Of a stretch of 64,000 nt of DNA, positions 45,228-56,005 are shown piece after piece. Both the position numbers and the translations under genes were made by a program. The stretch lies in IMG/VR virus record IMGVR_UViG_3300030099_004448, positions 174,938 to 238,937 of that record; one strand, given 5' to 3'. Within the stretch, counting starts at the first letter, position 1; each line of letters begins with the position of its first letter. The notes beneath the pieces were generated by a model. That model ran no database searches. It was not told the origin of the DNA and saw nothing but the letters and a program-made list of their open reading frames with translations.

Positions 45228-46143
45228 AAGAGTTCCCTGGTACATCCACAAAGACAAAAACACCAAGATCAATCTATCAAACAACATTTGTTACGATCAG
45301 ATTCACTCCCTTAAGGTAAGTGAGTTGATCCGAGAGAATGGTAATGGTCTCAGTCAATACGCCAACGAAGCAAAGATCTATGAAGATCTGAGTCAATTCT
45401 ATGGTGTTCCTAAAACAAACATTGCCATTGGTATGGGTCTGGGGGAACTTATTCCTCGGATCTTTAACATTTTTAGGGACAAAACTTTCTCTATTGTCAC
45501 ACCCACATGGATGATGGCAACAGGATTTTGTGAAGTCAACTGCATCAAATACCATGAAGGTCTTGATCTTCGTGCAGATGTCCTTTATATTGCAAATCCT
45601 AACGGGCAAGATGGAAAAGTAATAGAACGAGATATACTAGAGTCACTATGTGATGCTTTTGAGTATGTCATCATCGATGAAGCCTACGCAGACTTTTGCG
45701 TTCCCGCCTGTTCAGCTCTCGACCTGGCTGCTACCAGAAACAACGTTCTCGTATGCAAAACTTTTAGCAAGTCTCTTGCTTTACCTGGTCTTCGTTTCGG
45801 TTATTGTTTTGGTAATCATCATGTTATTTGGCGACTTCAACAACTACGTCCTTCGGGGGTAGTAAATACTATTGTGGAAAAGATTGGTCCTGAACTTCTC
45901 TCCCTCATTGATGAACATGTAGTGCGTATGGTTGATACCAGGGACTACATTGAATCTAAATACGAGTGTTCTCCTTCAAATGCAAACTTTGTATTGTTGA
46001 AGAACAAAGAATCTTTCTTGGATAGATTTCAATATCGAACAATCAATGGACTCCATCGTATGTCTTTGATGGATCTAGACACATTCAAATCTTATGAATC
46101 GTTATCAGACATTCAACAAAGTCGAGAACGCCAACCTAGTTAA
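45220..46143 (+). CDS. class I/II PLP enzyme (HisC/CobD-like aminotransferase or decarboxylase)
   Basis: ANPNG..G, IIDEAYADF, KTFSKSLALPGLRFGY, PS.ANFVL. Confidence 0.85.
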   Translation: MFERVPWYIHKDKNTKINLSNNICYDQIHSLKVSELIRENGNGLSQYANEAKIYEDLSQFYGVPKTNIAIGMGLGELIPRIFNIFRDKTFSIVTPTWMMATGFCEVNCIKYHEGLDLRADVLYIANPNGQDGKVIERDILESLCDAFEYVIIDEAYADFCVPACSALDLAATRNNVLVCKTFSKSLALPGLRFGYCFGNHHVIWRLQQLRPSGVVNTIVEKIGPELLSLIDEHVVRMVDTRDYIESKYECSPSNANFVLLKNKESFLDRFQYRTINGLHRMSLMDLDTFKSYESLSDIQQSRERQPS

Positions 46144-46834
46144 CTCAACATTACGAAGCATCGAGTTGTGTATCACAACTGCATGTAATCGTTCCTGTTC
46201 GTTTTGCCCTCACGATTGGGGATTCAAAACTGAAGACACTAGAGAAAAGTTTGTAAGTCTAGAGACTGTAGATAAATTCATAGAATTTCTATCAGAATAC
46301 AATAATCAGATTACTCTCTGTGGTATGGGTGAACCCACAATGCACCCACATATCAAAGAGATTCTGGATAAATTCCAAAAACTTAATAACAAAATAATTC
46401 TAGTCACTAATGGATACAAACTTCATAATGTGGTAAATCATCTAGGACATATTCGCCCTAGAGTAAGTCTATATGAACCTATGGATCTTCCAAATATTGA
46501 TATGGATGTTATCAATTACCATGAAGAAGGTGAGAATGTAAACTTCAACCAAAGAAGTTACTCTAAAGGTATCAAGAAACCATGTTATCTACCATCATAT
46601 AAAATGGTTGTCGATACTAGTGGTGGTATTTTACCTTGTGACAATAACTGGCAAGAGGTTGAGTACCTTGGTAATATTTTCGATTATAACCTAGAAACTG
46701 TATGGTTGGATAAGTTCAACACATTCAGAACCAACTGCTCTAAAGACCGATCTCTTAACAACTATTGCCGCAACTGCAATGCAGGTGGTATATTATATGG
46801 GTCGGAAGAGATGCAACTCCTTACTAATCAATGA
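46094..46834 (+). CDS. radical SAM/SPASM protein
   Basis: CNRSCSFC, G.GEP..HP, TNG; C..P...G..LPC..GNI..C..C. Confidence 0.88.
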   Translation: MNRYQTFNKVENANLVNSTLRSIELCITTACNRSCSFCPHDWGFKTEDTREKFVSLETVDKFIEFLSEYNNQITLCGMGEPTMHPHIKEILDKFQKLNNKIILVTNGYKLHNVVNHLGHIRPRVSLYEPMDLPNIDMDVINYHEEGENVNFNQRSYSKGIKKPCYLPSYKMVVDTSGGILPCDNNWQEVEYLGNIFDYNLETVWLDKFNTFRTNCSKDRSLNNYCRNCNAGGILYGSEEMQLLTNQ

Positions 46835-47016
46835 GACCAGAAACACGAAAGTCAATGGAAATGCTTTGGTCTGCAAAGTGGAATCTTCCCACAGCAGCAA
46901 AACATGCAAATCTGACCAACAAAGAGATGAAAATTACTTTCAATGAGTATTGTTCATTTCATCCTCCGACCTGGAATATTAAATTAGATGACGAGGGACT
47001 GTCGCCTATTGGTTAA
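46831..47016 (+). CDS. cyanophage hypothetical protein
   Basis: MRPETR.SME.L..AKWNLP.AA; stop lies inside tRNA-Ile. Confidence 0.72.
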   Translation: MRPETRKSMEMLWSAKWNLPTAAKHANLTNKEMKITFNEYCSFHPPTWNIKLDDEGLSPIG

Positions 47017-47066
47017 GGCCTGCTCCTTATAAGGGCATGAATCGGGTTCAATTCCCGACAGACCCA
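46995..47066 (+). tRNA. tRNA-Ile (TAT)
   Basis: GGGACTG/CAGACCC acceptor (one A-A mismatch), TGCTC-CTTATAA-GGGCA anticodon arm, TCGGG-TTCAATT-CCCGA T arm. Confidence 0.82.
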
Positions 47067-47070
47067 CCTT

Positions 47071-47155
47071 GCGAGTATGGCGGAATCGGTAGACGCACCA
47101 GACTTAAAATCTGTTGACCACTAAGGTCGTGGGAGTTCAAGTCTCCCTACTCGCA
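47071..47155 (+). tRNA. tRNA-Leu (TAA)
   Basis: GCGAGTA/TACTCGC acceptor, CTTAAAA loop, long variable arm, GGGAG-TTCAAGT-CTCCC. Confidence 0.95.
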
Positions 47156-47183
47156 TCCTAATAAATAAAAGAAAATTTTGATC

Positions 47184-47651
47184 ATGTTTGAAGAATTTTG
47201 CAATTATTTTGAAGGATACTTCAATAATCAAGCACAAGCTTTTAACTATCCTAGAGAGTTTGCGATGATTGAACTTAATCATCGTCGCATTGAAGGAACT
47301 AACAAATTCACTGTCACTCAAGGATATGTGATGGATGGTGAACCTTATCGATCTGTAGTGATTGAAGTTGTCGATGATTCAGATAACGACCAAGTAATTC
47401 TAAAAACTTATAAGGATGATGAACACATCCCTGGATGTGATTGTGTATTTCAAAAAGTCGATAATGAATTTCATGGTGACATCACGGGCAAAGAATGTTT
47501 TGTTCAACGTGGAATCAAGAACACATACATGCAATCTTCTGCCAAATTAGGTGATGGATATTATCATGTAATTGATCAGGGATTTGATCCTGAAAATGAT
47601 GAACAACTTTGGGGATCTCGTCATGGTCATTTTGAATTTGATAGAAAATAA
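47184..47651 (+). CDS. cpeT: CpcT/CpeT-family phycobilin lyase
   Basis: G.F.N..QA...P..FA, PYR, GCD, D.GFD.....WGS..G.F.F. Confidence 0.85.
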   Translation: MFEEFCNYFEGYFNNQAQAFNYPREFAMIELNHRRIEGTNKFTVTQGYVMDGEPYRSVVIEVVDDSDNDQVILKTYKDDEHIPGCDCVFQKVDNEFHGDITGKECFVQRGIKNTYMQSSAKLGDGYYHVIDQGFDPENDEQLWGSRHGHFEFDRK

Positions 47652-47652
47652 T

Positions 47653-47725
47653 GCCCTTGTAGCTCAGCTGGTAGAGCACCGCTTTTGTAAAGCGGTTGTC
47701 GCAAGTTCAAGTCTTGTCGGGGGCT
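47653..47725 (+). tRNA. tRNA-Thr (TGT)
   Basis: GCCCTTG/CGGGGGC acceptor, CCGCT-TTTGTAA-AGCGG anticodon arm. Confidence 0.95.
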
Positions 47726-47726
47726 T

Positions 47727-48344
47727 ATGAGAGTAAAATATGCAACTGAACCCTTCCCATATGTTCTTATAGATGAACTCTATAATGAATGGGAGTTGGA
47801 AGAATTGTGGGAAGAGATGGACTATCTTTGTAGTCCAAGAAGATTGATGGTTGCTGATACAAATAATGGCTCTGCAACTGATCCTAATGGGGAACTTTTA
47901 AAGTTTACTCGTTGTCAATATCTTGAAGATGTATATCAAAATAGAAATCACTCCGCTATTTTACAGATAACTGAAAAAGTTTTTATGGAAGATAAAACTT
48001 TTTTCATGAGTCATCCCCATTGGTATTTTCCTGGAACAGCTTCTAATACTAATCAACACTATACACAACTTGTTTACTATGAAAACAGTGATGAATATAA
48101 GAGTCATAGAGATTGTGCTCAGTTTACTGTACTAAATTGGTTCTACAGAAAACCAAAGAAATTTTCGGGTGGTAATCTATACTTTGAAGATTTTAATCTA
48201 GAAATAGAATGCTTAAATAATAGGACATTAATTTTTCCTTCAGTCATCAATCATGCGGCTAAACCCGTTATAATGGAAGAGAAATACATAGGACAAAAAT
48301 ATGGAAGATTCTGCATCTCACAATTTGTGTCCCGTCAATTCTAA
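47727..48344 (+). CDS. 2OG-Fe(II) oxygenase
   Basis: Y.SHRD, GG.L.F, IFPS..NH...V...GRF. Confidence 0.85.
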   Translation: MRVKYATEPFPYVLIDELYNEWELEELWEEMDYLCSPRRLMVADTNNGSATDPNGELLKFTRCQYLEDVYQNRNHSAILQITEKVFMEDKTFFMSHPHWYFPGTASNTNQHYTQLVYYENSDEYKSHRDCAQFTVLNWFYRKPKKFSGGNLYFEDFNLEIECLNNRTLIFPSVINHAAKPVIMEEKYIGQKYGRFCISQFVSRQF

Positions 48345-48363
48345 GGAGTACGGAAAGTCCAAG

Positions 48364-48576
48364 ATGAATATAAAACTCTGGTACAATAGTGCAATGGGAC
48401 AATGGCGTTGGACTTTGACAGATAAAGACTTAAATATGGAAGCGGGGCAACAACCTATGCTTCGTGATGCTATGAATGATGTAGCAAATACCGTGGAACA
48501 TATGTTAGATAAATCTGGATACTTGCCAGAAAAGATAGACTTAGATAAGATAGATTATGGTGATACTCACCAGTAA
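48364..48576 (+). CDS. hypothetical protein
   Basis: MNIKLWY...M.QWRWTL. Confidence 0.7.
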   Translation: MNIKLWYNSAMGQWRWTLTDKDLNMEAGQQPMLRDAMNDVANTVEHMLDKSGYLPEKIDLDKIDYGDTHQ

Positions 48577-48596
48577 TCCCTTCCGTGTGACTAAAC

Positions 48597-48624
48597 AAAC
48601 CTCCCCTGAACAGGGAGGTTTTTT
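48597..48624 (+). terminator. intrinsic terminator
   Basis: AAACCTCCC-CTGAACA-GGGAGGTTT plus T tract. Confidence 0.8.
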
Positions 48625-48672
48625 AGTGTCTAAATATAAAAAGAATAGATTTGTCACTGTAGGAATCCCGAG

Positions 48673-51600
48673 ATGCCCCTAAGTAGATTAGAGAATTTCC
48701 TAAAGAATGCTGAAGGTAATATCCTGTATGTAAACCCTTCTGACTTTGACGCAACCGATAGTTATGAAAATAGAGGTAATTCTCTAACAAGACCTTTCAG
48801 AACTATACAGAGAGCTCTGATTGAATCTGCTAGATTTTCATATAGAGCAGGAAGAAATAATGATAAGATTGATAGTACAACGATCCTAGTATATCCAGGC
48901 ACACACTACATTGACAACAGACCTGGACACTCTATTGAATCCAATGGAAGCACTGCAACTTTCAAAAGATTCACTAATGGTTCATGGCAAGAAGCTGGGG
49001 CAGAACTAACTGAGTTTAACGAGAATACTAACTTCGATATTTTTGACGAAGAGAACGAATTACACAAATATAACAGTGTTAATGGTGGTGTTATCCTACC
49101 TAGAGGTACATCTATTGTAGGTCTTGACCTCAGAAAAACCAAGATTAGACCACTATATGTACCAGATCCTCTAAATGATGCAGTACCAAGCACTTCAATC
49201 TTCCGTGTTACTGGTACTTGTTACTTCACTGCATTTTCATTCTTTGATGCAGATCCAGCGAGACAGGCATATAGAGATTCTACTGCAAGAAAGGTAAATC
49301 CTAGATTCTCTCACCATAAACTCACCTGTTTTGAGTATGCTGATGGTGTCAATAACGTTGTATTAGGTAACGATGTAACAGATCTAACCGATCTGGAGAT
49401 GTTCTACTTCAAGGTCACTTATGCTTACGGTGACTCTGGTGGTAGAGGACTTGCTGATTATCCTTCATCAACTTCTCTCGACTTTGAACCATCTGTCGAT
49501 GAATTTAGAATTGTTGGTGATTTAACAGCGAACCCACTAGGTATTACCAGTTTGAGATCTGGTGATGGTGTAATCCCAACTCAAGAAATTACTGTAATTA
49601 CCAGTAATAAGCATGGTCTATTCAAGGATACTCCAGTTCTAATTTCTGGTATTAGTACAAACGTAAGTGCTTATAATGGTTCTTTCGTTGTCAAAGATGT
49701 TCTGAGTGACACGAAATTCACCTATGAGACCACATCAACCCCAACAGATGTCTTACCTACTCAAGACAAATTCAATAACTCACAGATCATTGTAGAGTCC
49801 GATAGTACGTCATCTGCATCTCCATATGTATTCTCTTGTTCACTAAGATCTGTTTTTGGTGTTAATGGTCTACATGCTGATGGTAGCAAAGCAACTGGAT
49901 TCAAATCCATGCTTACTGCACAGTTCACTGGTATCTCCCTTCAGAAGGACGACAATGCGTTCATTCTGTTTGACGAAGAAACTAATATCTACAATGATAA
50001 TAATACTGTAAGCGACGATCAGAAACCTCTACACACTAATTCTAGAGCAATCTACAGACCAGATTTTGAGAACTTCCACATGAAGTGCTCAAATGATTCT
50101 ATCATTCAGTGTGTATCGATCTTTGCTATTGGTTTCGCAAAACACTTCGTTGCTGAGTCTGGTGGTGACCAATCTATTACCAACTCTAACTCCAACTTTG
50201 GTGCGATCTCTCTGGAATCTGCTGGTTTCCAAGCAAACTCCTTTGATAGAGATGACGTAGGTTATATTACACACATTATCCCACCAAGAGAACCCGAGAG
50301 AAGAATCTCTAACATCACTTGGTTGCCACTTGATGCAACTAAGATTGTTTCTGCTGCTACAACCAACAAACTGTGGTTAGCAAACTTTAAGTCCGCTGAC
50401 GTTCCACCCCCAAGTGAACTAGACGCATATAGAATTGGTGGTAAGAGACAAGATAAACTATTCCTACAAACAATTACTGGTACTGCGGTAAGCACCTTCA
50501 GTTCTCCAATTCTGATGGATGTTCCTGCGGGAACTGGTCTCAGTACAGAGGCATTTAAGACAAATGTTGTGGGTAGAGCTGCTGGTATTAACAGTATTTC
50601 TACTAACATTCTTACCTTTACCCAGAATCACCAACTATTCAATGGTGAGAAAATCAGAATTTATGCTGATACTGGTGAGATGCCTGCGAACCTTGAGGCA
50701 AATAAGATTTACTATGCACTAACAACTGGTCTGAATCCTAATCAGATTAAAGTTTCTACTAGTGTCAATGATGCTGAAGCAGGTAATAATATCACAGGTA
50801 TTACTAATGGTGGTGGTGAAGTCACTGTTCTCAGTACAGTTGCTGATAAAGTAACTGGTGAACCAGGTCACCCAATTCAATTTGATGATACAGAAGGTCA
50901 GTGGTATGTAAACTCTTCACCATCAACTTTCTTTAACGAGATTTATACTGGTATTACTGGTATTGGAACTGATACTGTTGGTGAAGTAACTGGTGGTACA
51001 TTCATCCAAAGACAAATTGATGCTAGAGGTATTGAAGAAAGAATCTATAAGATTCGTTATGTTGTTCCTAAAGAGTTTAGTAATGGTCGTCAACCATCTG
51101 AAGGTTTCATTCTCCAAGAATCCAAGAGTGTTGGTGTTGGATCTGCATCCTTCTTAGATGTTAGTGTTAGTGATCCAACTCAACTTAGAAACCCACGTAT
51201 CATCACACTTGCATCTTACAATAGTGTAACCGAACGTGCTACAATCAAGACTGAAAAAGAACACAACTTTGTTGCTGGTGACCAAGTTATTATCAAAGGT
51301 GTAAGTAGTGCAAACAATACTGTTGCTACTGCAACTTCTGCATATAACGGAACTTTTGAAGTCTTCCAAGTAGACAACCCAAGAACATTCCAAGTCAGTG
51401 TAACTACTGGAGATCCTGGAGTATTCCTTAACCAAGTCAACCAAAGAAGTACACAACAACAGGTTGAAGCTTTACCAACTGTACAAAGAAGTAGATACAA
51501 GGATTCACTCTATATCTACAATTCTAGACAAATTAGAGAACATATTCCTGGTGCTGATGGTCAGGATGGTGTATATGCAGTTACTCTTCTTTGTGGTTCT

Positions 51601-54600
51601 GTTCAACCCGACCAAAATATTGGTTTCGGTGTAAGTGAGAAGAAGTTCTCTCAAAATGTGGTCGATCTATATCCACAGGGCGATAGAGACAACTATAATT
51701 CTGACCCACAACCTGCTATTTCACACGCTCGTAAATCTCCACTGGGTAAAGTTCTCACCAATGACAAGAGAAACTCTGTTACTAGAGAAGGTGAAGAAAT
51801 CTTCCTGGAAAACAACAACGTTGCATTTGTAGTAGACAGTGCTGCTATTACTGGTACAGGTAACACTACTGTTACTCTTAATTTAACCAGAAATCATGGA
51901 TTCAATAAGATCAAGTCCTTGTCCATCACAAATGGTGGTGCTGGATATAACAATGCTGCTGGTGTTACTACAACAATCTATGCTGCAGATCTTGTTACTT
52001 CCTCTGGAGGAACTGGTGAAGGTGGTGTAATCAGAGCGAATGTTTCAACTGGAAATACTATCGCTTCGTTTAGAATTGTTGAACCAGGTGGTGCATATGG
52101 TATTGGTGATACGATGACAGTATCTGCTGATCCTGCTGGCGCTCCATCAGCATTTGCAGTTCTAACAGTTGATGACATCTACAATAACATCGGTGACTCA
52201 CTAGAACTCTCTGGTTTCCCCACTCCTAAATTGAATGGTGTCTTCAAGATTATTGACGTTCCTGATGCGAACACTGTTGTTGTAGAGAATGACCTCAATC
52301 TTGAAAGTAATGTTTATAAAACTAGAAATGATGATAGAAAACCAGTTGTTACTTATGCTGGTAAAGGTCTAATCTTTGACAGTTTAGATTACAATCCAGA
52401 AGCCGGTATTGCTACAGTAACAGTCGAAAGTGCTCACAACTTCTTACCTGGTAACACTTTCAGAATTGTTGGTAGTGGTAACACTTTCTTTGGACTTGAA
52501 AAGTATCAAGTTCTTGAGAATGTAGGAATTAACACCTTCGCATTTACTGCGGGAGTCTCTACTGTTGCACAAACAATGGCAACAGGAACTACAATTCAGA
52601 GATATGGTCTTTCTTCACAGGGTAAACCAGTTGGTGCTGGTGAAGAGAACTTGGGTGGCAGATCCACTCCAATGTATGTTGGTATTCAAACTACTCTAGC
52701 AAGTCCTGCTGCTAAGACTGACATTAGTATAACTGTAACTAATGCGGATGGTTTTAATCTGGGTGATTACATCACTTTAGGTGAAGAAGTCCTGAGAATT
52801 AAAGCAAACCCAACCAGCAATACTTTACAGGTAGCTAGAGGTCAATTTGCTACTCCTGCAAACACTGGTGAAGTTGGTCAGGTTATCCAGAAGATTAAGA
52901 TCCTACCAATGGAGTTACGCAGACACTCCATTCTTCGTGCATCTGCACATACATTTGAATATCTAGGTTTCGGTCCTGGTAACTATTCAACTGGTATGCC
53001 TCAGGTTCAAGATAGAATCCTAACCGATGATGAGGTTCTACTTGCACAGTCAAGAGAACAAGACGGTGGTGCAGTTGTTTATACTGGTATGAATGACCGT
53101 GGTGAATTCTTCACTGGTGCAACTAAGGTCAACGGAACTACTGGCGAAGAAACTACAATCGGTGCTCCTCAGATCACTTACTTCGGTGATGAAAGTAAGA
53201 GTGAGGTTGTTAGTGCAAACAACGGTATCTTTGACGATCTAATTGTTAAGAACGCAATTACTGTTGAAGGTGGTGTAAACCAGAATAGAACGTCTCAGTT
53301 CTACGGTCCTGTATCTTATACCAACAAGGTAACTGTTTCTTCTGAAGAAGGGTTAGAAACTAATGTCTTCTTCCTGAAAGGTGAGGCAGCACAGGCTAAA
53401 GAAATGACCGTGGGTATTCAAACACCCATCATTGGAAAGAGACCTGGTGACATCTCATTCAAGGCAATACCTGACCCTGGTGGATACATTGGACATGTAT
53501 TTGCTGACAATGATTGGAGAAGATGGGGTGTAATTTCCATCGAGAAAGATGAAACTTTCCTCACCTTAGATAGAGTTGCTATTGGTGAGACTGGCGGTAG
53601 TTCGGGATTTGTTCATGACTCGACCGCAGATGCTTTCCAAGTAAATGGTGTTACTAGAATTGATCACCTATTTGTTGGTGGTGCAGTTACCTTCTCACAA
53701 AACCAGACATTCTCTGGTGTTACTTATGAAACTGTCACAGTTAAGGATGAAATTGTCTTAACTGGTACTGCTGGAACAGATAACTACGTCTTCAAAGTTA
53801 CTGATGCAGATAAGATCGCACAGTTCTCTAACGTAGAAATCACTGGTGCAGCATTCACCTTCGGTAATAATACTCAAGTAACTGTAGAAAACTCTTTCGA
53901 GTCCAATTTCACTGGAGTCTCTACATTTAAGGGAACAGTTGCAATGGGTCAACTAGAAGTCGTAGGACTTGCTAGTGCTGCGATTGGAATCTTTACTTCT
54001 GTAGAATGTGAATTCCTACAGGTTGGTACTGCTGCAAGTATCAAGTTAGGATTTGCAACTGACTTCTATGTTTATGATGACTTAGTTGTTCAATCAAATG
54101 CATATGTAAACACTGGTGTTGTTACTACAATCGAAGGTAGTGATCTAACATATGATGAGATTACTGGTACAACAGTTCAAGCGGTTGGATTACGTGCTAC
54201 CAACTTTGCAACACCAAACGCAAAAATCAATGTTGGTATCATAACCACTCTGATTGTTCCACCTTATAATGTAAATACGGGCGACTCCTGGGCAGGTATT
54301 AGTACCGCATATATTGGTGCAGGTATTGTAACCACTCTAATTGTTCCTGCTGGTGGTTGGATAGGTGCTCCACAAGCGTATATCAACTCTGGTATTGTCA
54401 CCACAATATCTGGTACTGATGCAACTTATACCAATGTAAATGCAAATAACGTTTACTCACCATATATTGCTGGTCAAACAGGTGGAAATCCTGCTGGTGC
54501 TGGTGTTCTTTATGTTCAAAATGCACAAGTTGGTTCTAAACTCTGGTTGAGTGGAACTGCTGCAGGTGAAGGTCTGAGGGCGAATGTTGGTATCATCACT

Positions 54601-55359
54601 TACTTCGGGCATAATGCCAAGTCTCTACTGGGTAACCTGGACAGTAGTGGCAACAACATGCACATCAATGCAGGTTCTGATGGTATTGTTCAGGCATCTC
54701 AACTTAGATCAACAATCGCTCAAGGTGCTGCACCATTTACAGTTGTATCTACAACTAAGGTTACTAACCTGAACGTTGATTTACTTGATGGTAAGAGTGC
54801 AACATCATCTGCAACTGCCAATACGATTATGTCTCGTAATGGTAGTGCGAATAGCGCACTCAATAAGTTGACATCTACAACGATTGATAACTCTGGAAAT
54901 ATTGATACTAACACACTTGATGCTAGTACCGCAGATATTACTACTCTGAATGTCACTGGTAGTATCAATGGTAATTCAAATTATCCATTGATCGACCAAT
55001 TCAGAATGGGTAAGTACCTAGAAACTTTCAACGATCTAGGTAATAAGAGTGGAACTGTTAATCTCGATACTTCTACAGGTAACAACTTCAGAATCAGAAT
55101 CACAGGTAACACCAGCATCAACTTTACCAATATTCCTGTTGACTCTAACAATTCTAGTGCTGACATCTATTCAACACAAATTATTGTCAAGAACGGAACT
55201 GGTGGTGCTAGTTTGACATGGAACGGTAACATAAAGTGGCCAGGTGGATCTACACCTTCTAGAACTACTAATAATGGTGCTGAAGATATTTGGGTCTTTA
55301 TTTCATATGATAGTGGTTCTACCTGGTACGGAAACCTTGCTCTACCCGACATGAAGTAG
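48673..55359 (+). CDS. very large virion structural/tail fibre protein (2228 aa)
   Basis: MPLSRLENFL, G.SLTRPF.TIQRA, PRG.SIVG.DLRKT.IRP.YVP; G.(V/I)TT repeats; C-terminal W....KWPGG..P domain. Confidence 0.8.
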   Translation: MPLSRLENFLKNAEGNILYVNPSDFDATDSYENRGNSLTRPFRTIQRALIESARFSYRAGRNNDKIDSTTILVYPGTHYIDNRPGHSIESNGSTATFKRFTNGSWQEAGAELTEFNENTNFDIFDEENELHKYNSVNGGVILPRGTSIVGLDLRKTKIRPLYVPDPLNDAVPSTSIFRVTGTCYFTAFSFFDADPARQAYRDSTARKVNPRFSHHKLTCFEYADGVNNVVLGNDVTDLTDLEMFYFKVTYAYGDSGGRGLADYPSSTSLDFEPSVDEFRIVGDLTANPLGITSLRSGDGVIPTQEITVITSNKHGLFKDTPVLISGISTNVSAYNGSFVVKDVLSDTKFTYETTSTPTDVLPTQDKFNNSQIIVESDSTSSASPYVFSCSLRSVFGVNGLHADGSKATGFKSMLTAQFTGISLQKDDNAFILFDEETNIYNDNNTVSDDQKPLHTNSRAIYRPDFENFHMKCSNDSIIQCVSIFAIGFAKHFVAESGGDQSITNSNSNFGAISLESAGFQANSFDRDDVGYITHIIPPREPERRISNITWLPLDATKIVSAATTNKLWLANFKSADVPPPSELDAYRIGGKRQDKLFLQTITGTAVSTFSSPILMDVPAGTGLSTEAFKTNVVGRAAGINSISTNILTFTQNHQLFNGEKIRIYADTGEMPANLEANKIYYALTTGLNPNQIKVSTSVNDAEAGNNITGITNGGGEVTVLSTVADKVTGEPGHPIQFDDTEGQWYVNSSPSTFFNEIYTGITGIGTDTVGEVTGGTFIQRQIDARGIEERIYKIRYVVPKEFSNGRQPSEGFILQESKSVGVGSASFLDVSVSDPTQLRNPRIITLASYNSVTERATIKTEKEHNFVAGDQVIIKGVSSANNTVATATSAYNGTFEVFQVDNPRTFQVSVTTGDPGVFLNQVNQRSTQQQVEALPTVQRSRYKDSLYIYNSRQIREHIPGADGQDGVYAVTLLCGSVQPDQNIGFGVSEKKFSQNVVDLYPQGDRDNYNSDPQPAISHARKSPLGKVLTNDKRNSVTREGEEIFLENNNVAFVVDSAAITGTGNTTVTLNLTRNHGFNKIKSLSITNGGAGYNNAAGVTTTIYAADLVTSSGGTGEGGVIRANVSTGNTIASFRIVEPGGAYGIGDTMTVSADPAGAPSAFAVLTVDDIYNNIGDSLELSGFPTPKLNGVFKIIDVPDANTVVVENDLNLESNVYKTRNDDRKPVVTYAGKGLIFDSLDYNPEAGIATVTVESAHNFLPGNTFRIVGSGNTFFGLEKYQVLENVGINTFAFTAGVSTVAQTMATGTTIQRYGLSSQGKPVGAGEENLGGRSTPMYVGIQTTLASPAAKTDISITVTNADGFNLGDYITLGEEVLRIKANPTSNTLQVARGQFATPANTGEVGQVIQKIKILPMELRRHSILRASAHTFEYLGFGPGNYSTGMPQVQDRILTDDEVLLAQSREQDGGAVVYTGMNDRGEFFTGATKVNGTTGEETTIGAPQITYFGDESKSEVVSANNGIFDDLIVKNAITVEGGVNQNRTSQFYGPVSYTNKVTVSSEEGLETNVFFLKGEAAQAKEMTVGIQTPIIGKRPGDISFKAIPDPGGYIGHVFADNDWRRWGVISIEKDETFLTLDRVAIGETGGSSGFVHDSTADAFQVNGVTRIDHLFVGGAVTFSQNQTFSGVTYETVTVKDEIVLTGTAGTDNYVFKVTDADKIAQFSNVEITGAAFTFGNNTQVTVENSFESNFTGVSTFKGTVAMGQLEVVGLASAAIGIFTSVECEFLQVGTAASIKLGFATDFYVYDDLVVQSNAYVNTGVVTTIEGSDLTYDEITGTTVQAVGLRATNFATPNAKINVGIITTLIVPPYNVNTGDSWAGISTAYIGAGIVTTLIVPAGGWIGAPQAYINSGIVTTISGTDATYTNVNANNVYSPYIAGQTGGNPAGAGVLYVQNAQVGSKLWLSGTAAGEGLRANVGIITYFGHNAKSLLGNLDSSGNNMHINAGSDGIVQASQLRSTIAQGAAPFTVVSTTKVTNLNVDLLDGKSATSSATANTIMSRNGSANSALNKLTSTTIDNSGNIDTNTLDASTADITTLNVTGSINGNSNYPLIDQFRMGKYLETFNDLGNKSGTVNLDTSTGNNFRIRITGNTSINFTNIPVDSNNSSADIYSTQIIVKNGTGGASLTWNGNIKWPGGSTPSRTTNNGAEDIWVFISYDSGSTWYGNLALPDMK

Positions 55360-55389
55360 TAATAAATAAATTATCTCGTGATTTAATAT

Positions 55390-56004
55390 ATGACTAGAAC
55401 AGAAGTGTCATGTGAGTATCAAGATTTCATCGGGACTTACAGAAATGTATATCCCGATGATTTTTGTGAGCACTTGATCAATTTTTTTGAAGAAATAGAA
55501 AGCGGTACTAATTGTATTATCCAAAATAGACAAGAAGAAGATTCCAGAATGCCTAAGTGCGATAAGGATGATAAATTCATGTTTTTGGACTTAGCTGCTC
55601 TCCAAGTTCCTCGGTGGAGAGATAAAGCTACGATTAACATGATATGGAAGGGACTTCAAGTTTGTTTCGATCAATATGTTAAAGAGTACGACCATCTTAA
55701 AGATAATAATATATCAGGACATGCATTAAAAATGCAAAGAACTGATCCTGGTCAAGGTTATCATATTTGGCATTATGAAAATAATGGATACGAAGATAGA
55801 CATAGGTGTCTAGCATTCTCAATTTATCTCAATGATATTGAAGATGCAGGTGAAACCGAATTTCTCTATTTGAAAAGAAGAATTAAACCAGAGAGGAATA
55901 TGTGTACTATTTGGCCTGCTGGTTTTACCCATGTTCATCGAGGTAATGTTGTTCATGGAACTAAATCTAAATATATTATAACTGGTTGGTTTTATTACAT
56001 CTAA
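55390..56004 (+). CDS. 2OG-Fe(II) oxygenase (prolyl-hydroxylase-like)
   Basis: GYHIWHYE, YLND...GETEF, WPA.FTH.HRG, KYI.TGW. Confidence 0.87.
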   Translation: MTRTEVSCEYQDFIGTYRNVYPDDFCEHLINFFEEIESGTNCIIQNRQEEDSRMPKCDKDDKFMFLDLAALQVPRWRDKATINMIWKGLQVCFDQYVKEYDHLKDNNISGHALKMQRTDPGQGYHIWHYENNGYEDRHRCLAFSIYLNDIEDAGETEFLYLKRRIKPERNMCTIWPAGFTHVHRGNVVHGTKSKYIITGWFYYI

Positions 56005-56005
56005 G

